A DNA stretch of 63,421 nucleotides, counting the filler, from Octopus bimaculoides (Eukaryota): assembly GCF_001194135.2 (NCBI RefSeq). It is 4 parts of 3 records of this genome, joined end to end, with 100 filler letters (N's around TTAATTAATTAA, not from the genome) between each part and the next. Parts side by side here need not be neighbours in the genome. Positions count along the whole stretch, not along the records: positions 16,677 to 46,879 come from NC_068989.1; positions 46,980 to 56,723 come from NC_068981.1; 2 more parts are not named here. The stretch is one strand, 5' to 3'. The notes under the pieces were generated by a model. It saw nothing but the letters and a program-made list of their open reading frames with translations, was not told the origin of the DNA and ran no database searches. Numbering within the stretch: the first letter of the stretch is position 1; the number at the start of each line of letters is the position of its first letter. A program made the position numbers and the translations under genes. Shown piece by piece: positions 39,890 through 50,021 of the stretch.

Positions 39890-40760
39890 GTGGAAACCTT
39901 TCAAGCATTTGTGGAAATTTTTCAACTCATTTATATGACTTTAACTCCTTCGTGGAGAATTCTACAGCATCAGGATCGTGGATTCCTTATGATATTTTGA
40001 TATAATCAGTATGGCTAATACTATCGGAAGTTTGTATAATTAATAACATGCCTGAGAGAAGATTTCGCAAGTAGTTATGAGTTCAAAACTGTTTTCCTCG
40101 AGTTATTTCATTCATAATTATTGGATATCTTGAAAACGTGTCGACAATTCTGTTTCTATCTCCTAAAATATCTCTTCTAAATTTCCAACTGAGACCAGCT
40201 AACTTGTAACATTGCATTACTACTTTATCGAATGCCTACGCACCGTTGAGCTATAGCACATTAACGTTTAACTGGTTGACCAGCTGTTTCAGTTCCTCGT
40301 TTTAATGTTGTAGAGACTGCGTGTGGTAGTTTAAACTCGGACGGAGTATCACTTAGAAAGTCGTTTTCTTCTAAAATCGCAAATAGTTCCTCTCTGATGA
40401 ATTCGTTTTATGACTTGTTTCATGCTGACATATGGCGTCAAATAGGCCTGTAATTCCAAACAGCTGTTCCTCGTTCTCCCTTATTGATAGGACATATTAT
40501 GACCTCATTCAGATTATTTGGGAGTCTCCCACTTACAACTATGCCGTAAGGTCTATAGAAAGTCAACAACTTCTTTCAAACAATGGCTCGAATTTTTCAT
40601 TCACTGAAGCGTCTCTTGTTCAAAGCTGTGCAAAACTTACATGTTGGTTTTTATCTTTTCGACAGCCGTCGTTTATTTTTCTGCTCTGTTTTTCGAGGAA
40701 CCAATTTTATAATCAATTTTTTAGAATGACTTCAGTGATATTTTTGGTTGTTGTTTGTCT
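39890..40760 (-). mobile_element. Highly degenerate CR1-like LINE RT fragment
   Basis: Minus strand gives GRLPNNLNEVIICPINKG...NYRPI, LEENDFLSD, and NVNVL*LNGA*AFDKV (VDVIYLDFAKAFDKV-like). Confidence 0.7.
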
Positions 40761-41842
40761 TTTGTTTGTCTTTTGTTTTCTTGTAAAAGGGTGTTTCGGT
40801 GTGAAAGTTATTTATTTACTCTATTTCAGATCTTCGCTCTGGATTTCATCAGAATATTCCTGCCTCTCTAAATTATATTTTTAAGGACATCGACCTTCCT
40901 CTCCACCTTACCTCTCCCTCTTCCCCTCTTCCCCTCCCCTCCTTTCCCCTCCCCTCCTTTCCCCTCCCCNNNNNNNNNNNNNNNNNNNNNNNNNNNNNNN
41001 NNNNNNNNNNNNNNNNNNNNNNNNNNNNNNNNNNNNNNNNNNNNNNNNNNNNNNNNNNNNNNNNNNNNNNNNNNNNNNNNNNNNNNNNNNNNNNNNNNNN
41101 NNNNNNNNNNNNNNNNNNNNNNNNNNNNNNNNNNNNNNNNNNNNNNNNNNNNNNNNNNNNNNNNNNNNNNNNNNNNNNNNNNNNNNNNNNNNNNNNNNNN
41201 NNNNNNNNNNNNNNNNNNNNNNNNNNNNNNNNNNNNNNNNNNNNNNNNNNNNNNNNNNNNNNNNNNNNNNNNNNNNNNNNNNNNNNNNNNNNNNNNNNNN
41301 NNNNNNNNNNNNNNNNNNNNNNNNNNNNNNNNNNNNNNNNNNNNNNNNNNNNNNNNNNNNNNNNNNNNNNNNNNNNNNNNNNNNNNNNNNNNNNNNNNNN
41401 NNNNNNNNNNNNNNNNNNNNNNNNNNNNNNNNNNNNNNNNNNNNNNNNNNNNNNNNNNNNNNNNNNNNNNNNNNNNNNNNNNNNNNNNNNNNNNNNNNNN
41501 NNNNNNNNNNNNNNNNNNNNNNNNNNNNNNNNNNNNNNNNNNNNNNNNNNNNNNNNNNNNNNNNNNNNNNNNNNNNNNNNNNNNNNNNNNNNNNNNNNNN
41601 NNNNNNNNNNNNNNNNNNNNNNNNNNNNNNNNNNNNNNNNNNNNNNNNNNNNNNNNNNNNNNNNNNNNNNNNNNNNNNNNNNNNNNNNNNNNNNNNNNNN
41701 NNNNNNNNNNNNNNNNNNNNNNNNNNNNNNNNNNNNNNNNNNNNNNNNNNNNNNNNNNNNNNNNNNNNNNNNNNNNNNNNNNNNNNNNNNNNNNNNNNNN
41801 NNNNNNNNNNNNNNNNNNNNNNNNNNNNNNNNNNNNNNNNNN

Positions 41843-42075
41843 ACAACTTTCTCTCATTCTTTCTTCCTGTTTCTGTTGTACCTGTATTTCAAAGGGTCAG
41901 CCCTATCACACTGTGTCACGCTGAATATCCCCGAGAACTATGTTAAGGGTACACGTGTCTGTGGAGTGCTCAGCCACTTGCACGTTAATTTCACGAGCAG
42001 GCTGTTCCGTTGATCGGATCAACTGGAACCCTCGACGTTATAAGCGACGGAGTGCCAACACACACAACAATAACA
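41843..42075 (+). mobile_element. SINE family A, 3' part (5' end in gap)
   Basis: Matches the family A body and tail. Confidence 0.9.
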
Positions 42076-42429
42076 ATTTCTGTGGGAGGTTTAGGAACGT
42101 AACACCCGAGATAGTCGAGGGATTACTGTATTTGCTCCTTAAATAGCTTATTGGTGAGACGCAGAGAGATTCTGCTAGTTGCCGAACATATGGACACATT
42201 CTTGCGAAAATGCGACCATTTAAGTTAGTAAGTTTGAAGTCACGCAAAAGGGTGTTGATCCCCTTTGGTTAATAATTGTTCCGTCATTCGAAGGCTCCCC
42301 TCAGGATTTCTATATTAATTTAAGATTCCTGGTAAGCAATACATTATAAAAGTAATCCTTTCCACTAAAGCCGCATCCACAAAATTTCAGGCCTTGTGCT
42401 TATAGTAGAAAGAGTTATTTTAAAAACGT

Positions 42430-42612
42430 GATGAGTTGGCAGAATCGTTAACACGTTGGACGAAATGCTTAGCGGTATTTCACCCGTCGACTTTGTCTTT
42501 TTTCTTTTAGGGGTCGATAAATCAAATACCAGTGAAGCACTAGGGTTGATGTAATTGACTCATCACTTCCCCCACCAAATTTCAGGCCTTGTGCCTATAG
42601 TAGAAAGGATTA
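42430..42612 (+). mobile_element. SINE family C, diverged
   Basis: GAGTTGGCAGAATCGTTAAC...GGGGTCGATAAA...GGCCTTGTGCCTATAGTAGAAAGG. Confidence 0.8.
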
Positions 42613-42615
42613 TTT

Positions 42616-42790
42616 GATAATGCACCAATTCACACAGCTAAAGTTGTTACTGAATGGCACGAGTAACATTCTAGTGAAATTGTAAATCTTATCTGGCCAC
42701 CACAGTCCCCAAATCTCAATATTATTGAACATTTATGGTGCATTTTAGAAAAACAAGTCGATATCGTCCACTATCATCACAAGAACTGGA
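42616..42790 (+). mobile_element. Tc1-like transposase catalytic fragment, D-36-E spacing
   Basis: DNAPIHTAKVVTEWHE*HSSEIVNLIWPPQSPNLNIIEHLW; 36 codons counted between D (42616) and E. Confidence 0.85.
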
Positions 42791-43654
42791 GTCTGTTTTA
42801 TTCAAGCTGCAATTACTGGCAAAGGCGGTCCTACCCCATATTAAAATAAATTTGTTTGAAATTTTAAGGCGTTTCTATTANNNNNNNNNNNNNNNNNNNN
42901 NNNNNNNNNNNNNNNNNNNNNNNNNNNNNNNNNNNNNNNNNNNNNNNNNNNNNNNNNNNNNNNNNNNNNNNNNNNNNNNNNNNNNNNNNNNNNNNNNNNN
43001 NNNNNNNNNNNNNNNNNNNNNNNNNNNNNNNNNNNNNNNNNNNNNNNNNNNNNNNNNNNNNNNNNNNNNNNNNNNNNNNNNNNNNNNNNNNNNNNNNNNN
43101 NNNNNNNNNNNNNNNNNNNNNNNNNNNNNNNNNNNNNNNNNNNNNNNNNNNNNNNNNNNNNNNNNNNNNNNNNNNNNNNNNNNNNNNNNNNNNNNNNNNN
43201 NNNNNNNNNNNNNNNNNNNNNNNNNNNNNNNNNNNNNNNNNNNNNNNNNNNNNNNNNNNNNNNNNNNNNNNNNNNNNNNNNNNNNNNNNNNNNNNNNNNN
43301 NNNNNNNNNNNNNNNNNNNNNNNNNNNNNNNNNNNNNNNNNNNNNNNNNNNNNNNNNNNNNNNNNNNNNNNNNNNNNNNNNNNNNNNNNNNNNNNNNNNN
43401 NNNNNNNNNNNNNNNNNNNNNNNNNNNNNNNNNNNNNNNNNNNNNNNNNNNNNNNNNNNNNNNNNNNNNNNNNNNNNNNNNNNNNNNNNNNNNNNNNNNN
43501 NNNNNNNNNNNNNNNNNNNNNNNNNNNNNNNNNNNNNNNNNNNNNNNNNNNNNNNNNNNNNNNNNNNNNNNNNNNNNNNNNNNNNNNNNNNNNNNNNNNN
43601 NNNNNNNNNNNNNNNNNNNNNNNNNNNNNNATATATATATATATAGGGGAGAAT

Positions 43655-43880
43655 TCACAAAAAAAAAAGACGAAGACAGGTAGTGTAGACAACAAACAGA
43701 TGTATTTGTTTAACGCTCGGGAAGTGTAAAAGCCTTTAACGTTTCGAGCCTACGCTCTTCCACAGAAAGGAACACAGAAAGAAATAAGGAGAGAAAATAA
43801 AGAATGTGTAGTGGCTAGCAATCTATCATGGCGAATGCCGGACAGAGGGGTTACACAGGAGAGCTAGGAAGAAGGTGAGA
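43655..43880 (-). mobile_element. Short repeat family HH-2 adjacent to (TA)n
   Basis: Aligns with 32090-32290; contains the hammerhead-like fold below. Confidence 0.75.
43733..43770 (-). ncRNA. Minimal hammerhead-like fold with A6U core variant
   Basis: CCTTT-CTGTGGA-A-GAGC(gtag)GCTC-GAAA-CG-T-T-AAAGG: perfect 5-bp stem I, 4-bp stem II, palindromic AACGTT. Confidence 0.6.
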
Positions 43881-44550
43881 TATATATACGTGGGATCGCT
43901 GAAAAGTTCCTGTCTTTGGGTAAAAGAAAATACAGGAAGATCAGTTAATTGATTTATTGAACATTTTCCCCCTCTCAGACTCACACTCTTATTACTGCAG
44001 TCCTTCAGTTTTTCTAAACCCTATAAAAGAACTCGAAAGGTTGGCCCTCCAACCAGGCATTTCGGGTTACTCTTACACCCATGAATTTTTCACCGCCCTC
44101 TCGTATATGTGTGTGTGTATCATGTATATTCACATATACGTGTGTGCGTGTATATGTGTGCATCTGACTACATATAAATATGTAAACATATACACATACA
44201 CACATACATAAGTTTATGTGCGTGCGCGTGCATGCGCATGCGTGCGTGTACATGTGTGTGTGTGAGAGAGAGAGAAAGAGAGAGAGAGAGCAATACACGC
44301 AACACATTACACACGGAGGTAACTTCAAGTATCAGGTTTCGATCATTTCCGTCCAGGTTAATCAGTAAAGATTCTATATTGAGAAACACTCCCTATTTCC
44401 ACTTCCGTTTCCGTCCCAGCCGGGGAGAAGAGAAAAGGGTGGGAAATGGCGATGAAAATTTTGGTGATGGAAATGAATTACTTCCCCTTCAACGAGTAAC
44501 GCTGTTATCTCAGAACTGAAATATGATGCACATATGAAATAATAATAATG

Positions 44551-44609
<59 letters not shown>

Positions 44610-46211
44610 TAGAAGAAATTATAAATGCAGAAACNNNNNNNNNNNNNNNNNNNNNNNNNNNNNNNNNNNNNNNNNNNNNNNNNNNNNNNNNNNNNNNNNN
44701 NNNNNNNNNNNNNNNNNNNNNNNNNNNNNNNNNNNNNNNNNNNNNNNNNNNNNNNNNNNNNNNNNNNNNNNNNNNNNNNNNNNNNNNNNNNNNNNNNNNN
44801 NNNNNNNNNNNNNNNNNNNNNNNNNNNNNNNNNNNNNNNNNNNNNNNNNNNNNNNNNNNNNNNNNNNNNNNNNNNNNNNNNNNNNNNNNNNNNNNNNNNN
44901 NNNNNNNNNNNNNNNNNNNNNNNNNNNNNNNNNNNNNNNNNNNNNNNNNNNNNNNNNNNNNNNNNNNNNNNNNNNNNNNNNNNNNNNNNNNNNNNNNNNN
45001 NNNNNNNNNNNNNNNNNNNNNNNNNNNNNNNNNNNNNNNNNNNNNNNNNNNNNNNNNNNNNNNNNNNNNNNNNNNNNNNNNNNNNNNNNNNNNNNNNNNN
45101 NNNNNNNNNNNNNNNNNNNNNNNNNNNNNNNNNNNNNNNNNNNNNNNNNNNNNNNNNNNNNNNNNNNNNNNNNNNNNNNNNNNNNNNNNNNNNNNNNNNN
45201 NNNNNNNNNNNNNNNNNNNNNNNNNNNNNNNNNNNNNNNNNNNNNNNNNNNNNNNNNNNNNNNNNNNNNNNNNNNNNNNNNNNNNNNNNNNNNNNNNNNN
45301 NNNNNNNNNNNNNNNNNNNNNNNNNNNNNNNNNNNNNNNNNNNNNNNNNNNNNNNNNNNNNNNNNNNNNNNNNNNNNNNNNNNNNNNNNNNNNNNNNNNN
45401 NNNNNNNNNNNNNNNNNNNNNNNNNNNNNNNNNNNNNNNNNNNNNNNNNNNNNNNNNNNNNNNNNNNNNNNNNACGTCCTTGGTTTGTAAACGTATATAC
45501 GGTAACGTCCTTTATTATTATTGTATATATAACATAATGCAACCGTGTAGCTTTTTTGTGCACTTTGTTTGCAGAAAATAAAGAAATAACAGTAATAACA
45601 TCAGAGAAAATTAAATATAGCTTAAGGTATTAGCTTAAGCTATTTTCGCACCCGACATCACAAAATGTGTCTGAATAAACATTGCCGGACAGCAAATAGA
45701 GACTCGGACATTGCTTAGAAAATATTTTTCATTTTTAACCTCGTATATAGTACGCACTAGGGATTTTGACCTTTAAATTTTGGGAAAAAATGCGGATTAC
45801 ACTCAAGGATTTACGGTACTACTTCGTTTTCATATGCTGCTGGTTTGCAAGATTCCTTATGTGATTTCGTGTGTTGAAACAAATTTTGTTGTGTCTGTGG
45901 AGAGTCATAGTCCCTTAATATTACACACACACACCAGTTCAATTTCCAGTCATTTATTTATTCCTTTATTTATTTATTTGTTCCGGAAAGCTTTTTCGTC
46001 ACCACATTTGCGACTGTATCAATGCATTTTGACTCAGGCTGACAGACAGTCGGAGTCAAAATCCATTGATACGATCGCAAATGCAGACACAACAAAGTTT
46101 TCATATATTTTTTTTTTATCAAAATTAGGTTTTCAAACTTCTTTTATTATCGAAGATTTAAGCACACGTTTCAGTCACAAAGCTCTTTTTTTACTTCCTT
46201 CGACATACGTT

Positions 46212-46256
<45 letters not shown>

Positions 46257-46281
46257 NNNNNNNNNNGTGTGTGTGTGTGTA

Positions 46282-46450
46282 ATGTAATGTGAAGATACAA
46301 AAGACCTGGTAATTCAATCCGCAAACATGACTCCGATTTGAGATGGACTTAAAGGACAATTGCGCTTGATAGATTAAAAATAAATCCATCTCTTATTGGA
46401 GTCATGTTTGCGGATTGAATTACCAGGTCTTTTGTTTTTTCACATTACAT
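46282..46450. repeat. ~170-bp near-perfect hairpin (MITE-like palindrome)
   Basis: CAAAAGACCTGGTAATTCAATCCGCAAACATGACTCC is mirrored exactly by GGAGTCATGTTTGCGGATTGAATTACCAGGTCTTTTG; arms about 70 bp. Confidence 0.88.
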
Positions 46451-46550
46451 ATTTATATCTTTCTTCCCAGGTTACGCTTGAGCACTTCTATGTCCAAATC
46501 TCTATATTGTAAGAGAATTTCTAATCAATCTTCTTTCTCAAATACAGCTA

Positions 46551-46752
46551 CGGAGATGTACTTGCATAGCAAGTGACCTGATCCGAGATCGTGTACTGGA
46601 ACGAAAACAATTTCAGCGTGGAAGGTGTTTATAAGCCATTTAAGAAACACACAAAAACCGTTAGATTCACTTCAACATTTAAATTTAATTTGCCAAAATA
46701 TTTTCGTCGCTTTGAGACCGCGACCTGTTCACTGACAAAATTCTGTGCTGCA
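46551..46752 (-). mobile_element. Repeat family HH-3 next to (CT)n/(TA)n
   Basis: Shared with 38750-38919 and 37998-38080. Confidence 0.75.
46689..46739 (-). ncRNA. Minimal hammerhead-like fold with G3:C8 compensatory core
   Basis: TTTGTCA-GTGAACA-G-GTCGC(ggtctcaaa)GCGAC-GAAA-ATAT-T-T-TGGCAAA: 7-bp stem I (one G:U), 5-bp stem II, palindromic AAAATATTTT spanning stem III. Confidence 0.6.
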
Positions 46753-46768
46753 TCTCTCTCTTTATGTC

Positions 46769-46799
<31 letters not shown>

Positions 46800-46846
46800 G
46801 TCTCTGTCTCTCTCTCTCTTTCTCTCACTCTCCCTCTCTCTCTCTC

Positions 46847-46879
<33 letters not shown>

Positions 46880-46979
46880 NNNNNNNNNNNNNNNNNNNNN
46901 NNNNNNNNNNNNNNNNNNNNNNNTTAATTAATTAANNNNNNNNNNNNNNNNNNNNNNNNNNNNNNNNNNNNNNNNNNNN
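46880..46979. other. Assembly scaffold-join spacer
   Basis: N44-TTAATTAATTAA-N44. Confidence 0.95.
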
Positions 46980-47680
46980 ATTATCTCTGGCTGCCCAGGC
47001 CTGGCTAACAAGGAATATATTCACAGACACGACAGAACTGGAACCTATATACACTGGAAGCTATGCCAACTCTATGGAATAACAACAGAAAAAAGATGGT
47101 ATAAACACACGCCAGAAAAGGTCACAGAAAACGAGAAAGCAACCATACTCTGGGATATGCCAATACACACAGATAGAGAAATTAAGGCAAATAGACCAGA
47201 TATAGTTGTCAAAGATCATGAAGAAAAAAAATGCTTTCTAATTGATGTATCAATACCAGCAGATGACAACGTCTCTCTAAAAGAAATGGAAAAACTTTCA
47301 AAGACCTGGAAATAGTGGTAACTCGAATGTGGAATCTAAAAACCGAAACAATTCCTATTATAGTAGGTGCCTTATGTATAATAACAAAATATTCAGACAA
47401 ATACATAACGAAAGCACCAGGACTTACAAATATATATAACATACAGAAAATTGCACTACTGGGCACAGCACACATCCTACGCAAAACACTTTCAATACAG
47501 TAACCATAAGAGCACCACAGCAAACCACAGCACATACCCAAGGCGCACAGAGCTNNNNNNNNNNAAGAGCACCACAGCAAACCACAGCACATACCCAAGG
47601 CGCACAGAGCTGCGCTCGGTAGTGAAGTGAAAGCACGTTATATAAATAAAACTACTGAACAATAATAATAATAATAATAA
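46980..47680 (+). mobile_element. R4/Dong-like LINE 3' end, copy 1, with (AAT)n tail
   Basis: KEYIHRHDRTGTYIHWKLC...ATILWDMPIHTDREIKANRPDIVVKD...CFLIDVSIPAD...TIPIIVGAL...LLGTAHILRKTLSIQ*. Confidence 0.93.
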
Positions 47681-48431
47681 GACCAAAGCCTCCCCACCAG
47701 AAATTACCAAAAACATTTAATGCAAAGTAACATAACAAGTAACTGCAGAATATATGGAGATGGACAAGAAACAATAGATCATATTATCTCTGGCTAAGAA
47801 GGAATATATTCACAGACACGACAGAGCTGGGACCTACATACACCGGAAGCTATGTTAACACTATAGAATAACAACAGAAAAAAGATGGTATAGGCACACG
47901 GCAGAAAAGGTAACAAAAAACGAGAAAGCAACCATACACTGGGACATGCCAATAGAGAGATAAAAAAAAATTAAGGCCAATAAAGCAGATATAGTTGTCA
48001 AAGATCATGAAGGAGAAAAATGCTTTCTAATTGATGTATCAATACCAGCAGATGACAACATTTCCCTAAAAGAAATGGAGAAAATTTCAAAATTCAAAGA
48101 CCTGGGAATAGAGGTAACTCGAACATGGAATCTAAAAACAGAAACAATTCCTATCATAGTAGGCGCATTAGGTAGGATAAAAAAAATATTCAGATAAATA
48201 CATAACAAAAACACCAGGACTTACAAATATATATAACATACTGGAAATTGCACTACTGGGCACTGCACACATCCTACGCAAAACACTTTCAATACAGTGA
48301 CTATAAGAGCATCACAGCAAACCACAGCACATACCCAAGGCACACAGAACTGCGCTCGGTAGTGAAGTGAAAGCACGTTATAAAAATAAAACTACTGAAC
48401 AATAATAATAATAATGATGATGATGATGATG

Positions 48432-48485
<54 letters not shown>
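47681..48485 (+). mobile_element. R4/Dong-like LINE 3' end, copy 2, starting in the (AAT)n tail of copy 1
   Basis: DQSLPTRNYQKH...NCRIYGDGQETIDHIISG, then the same RLE and 3' UTR as copy 1, ending in (AAT)/(GAT)n. Confidence 0.92.
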
Positions 48486-48487
<2 letters not shown>

Positions 48488-49446
48488 CATTAACTAAACA
48501 ACGGCAACAGATCAACACCACAAACAGTAATAACAGAATTGCTATAAAAACCAAAAACAAAAATATCTCATATATGACTTGTAAGTCTTTAAATACCGAT
48601 AAGAATTATCAAATTTGCGCAGGAAAAAACAGAAGCAGAGAAAAGAAACGAAAAGTATTATCTAAAACTAGTTAGAACGAGCGGTGTGTCTCAAGGATCC
48701 GCTTCTTATAGATTTTGGGGAGATTCGACGCTGACATAATGTTCTGATTAATTATATCCGTAGAACTAACTTTCAGTATCGTGGAAAATGAAAGTTTTCT
48801 ATAAAATCCTTATAGGATATATGGTTAAATGTGAAAAATGTGGATACCATAATAGCCATAAATATGCAGTGAATCATAAGTAATCCGGTTCTATAAACCG
48901 ATGTCAAAATTTTAAATTGATGTTTGCAGACAATAACGAAAACATTGCCCACCCGAGTTAAATCAGTTAATAGATTCTTCTGAAGAGCTGTGCAGAAATA
49001 CAACGTAGCTGTAATCATGTTTTTGAACTAATAATCGTTTTTTTTATTCCTGTGCACCACAAGATTATGGAGACATTACGTCTTCAGTCACAAAAATATT
49101 CTTATCACTTTTAAGTATATCAAATTTGAGATACGAATCACGGTGAATTTCAAATGGAAACGTTCCAGAAATTGAGAAATATCTGTCCAAACCTAATTAT
49201 ACAAATACATATTGTGACATGTAGGAACTAGTATAATATACGGTAGATAAACATTAAAATAAAGAAATTAAGACAATAACGATAATGGAGTAGCTCAAGG
49301 GCCTGGAAATATTTAACTTTCTTCGTGTTCCGGTAACTTTGCGGAATTATTGCGGATCAAAAATATTTGCTCTTAAATTATGAAAATTTAAAAGGTTATT
49401 TGAAAACATGGAGGAATATGAGTCATCGAAGAAAAGGATATATTTC

Positions 49447-50021
49447 GGATCTTTTTTAAAACGGGGGTCACATTTTTCATGAATGTTTTACGTAGTGTTT
49501 CTGGTGCCGAAAGACTATCAAACTTCGAATACTTATCTATTTTGTGTTATAGAACAGAAAAATATTTTTGTATTCGAATTTATTTCATGTAAAAAATTGT
49601 CTTATTTCGATAATTTCAACCAATCACTGATGTCCATTCAGCCGATATACATTAAGTGCCGACTACATAAACAAACGATTCTTCGTTTTATTTGCTTTTT
49701 TCATTTTAAATTTGCTTTAACCCTAACCCTAACCCTAACCCTAACCCTAACCGTAGGGTTAGAGTTAGGGTTAGGGTTAATTGTTTCAGAATCGTTTGTT
49801 TATGTAGTCGGCACTTAATGTATATCGGCTGAATGGACGTCAGTGATTGGTTGAAATTACAGAAATACGACAACTTTAACATGGAATAATTTACGGATTT
49901 CTTTTTTTTTTTAAGAAGACTAAGAGAAAAAGATGTTTTATATGACACATTCTACCAGTGTTCCAAGTTTCAAAGTGTTTCGTTAATGAAAAATGTGGCC
50001 CCCGTTTTAAAAAAAAGATCC
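49447..50021. mobile_element. Foldback non-autonomous DNA transposon with GGATC termini, 8-bp TSD and central (TAACCC)n/(TTAGGG)n; Merlin-like
   Basis: TIR GGATCTTTTTTAAAACGGGGG(T/C)CACATTTTTCAT; TSD TATATTTC at 49439-49446 and 50022-50029; inner ~73-bp inverted arms 49610-49682 / 49787-49860. Confidence 0.82.

Noticed and set aside
40868-45581. Long ORFs of 200-330 aa in the ORF track (also 22-24 kb, 36 kb, 50-53 kb)
   Set aside because: They are open only because they span N gaps.
49718-49779. Ancient telomere-telomere fusion site
   Set aside because: Orientation is (CCCTAA)n then (TTAGGG)n, opposite to an end-to-end fusion, and the tract lies inside a TIR/TSD-bounded element.
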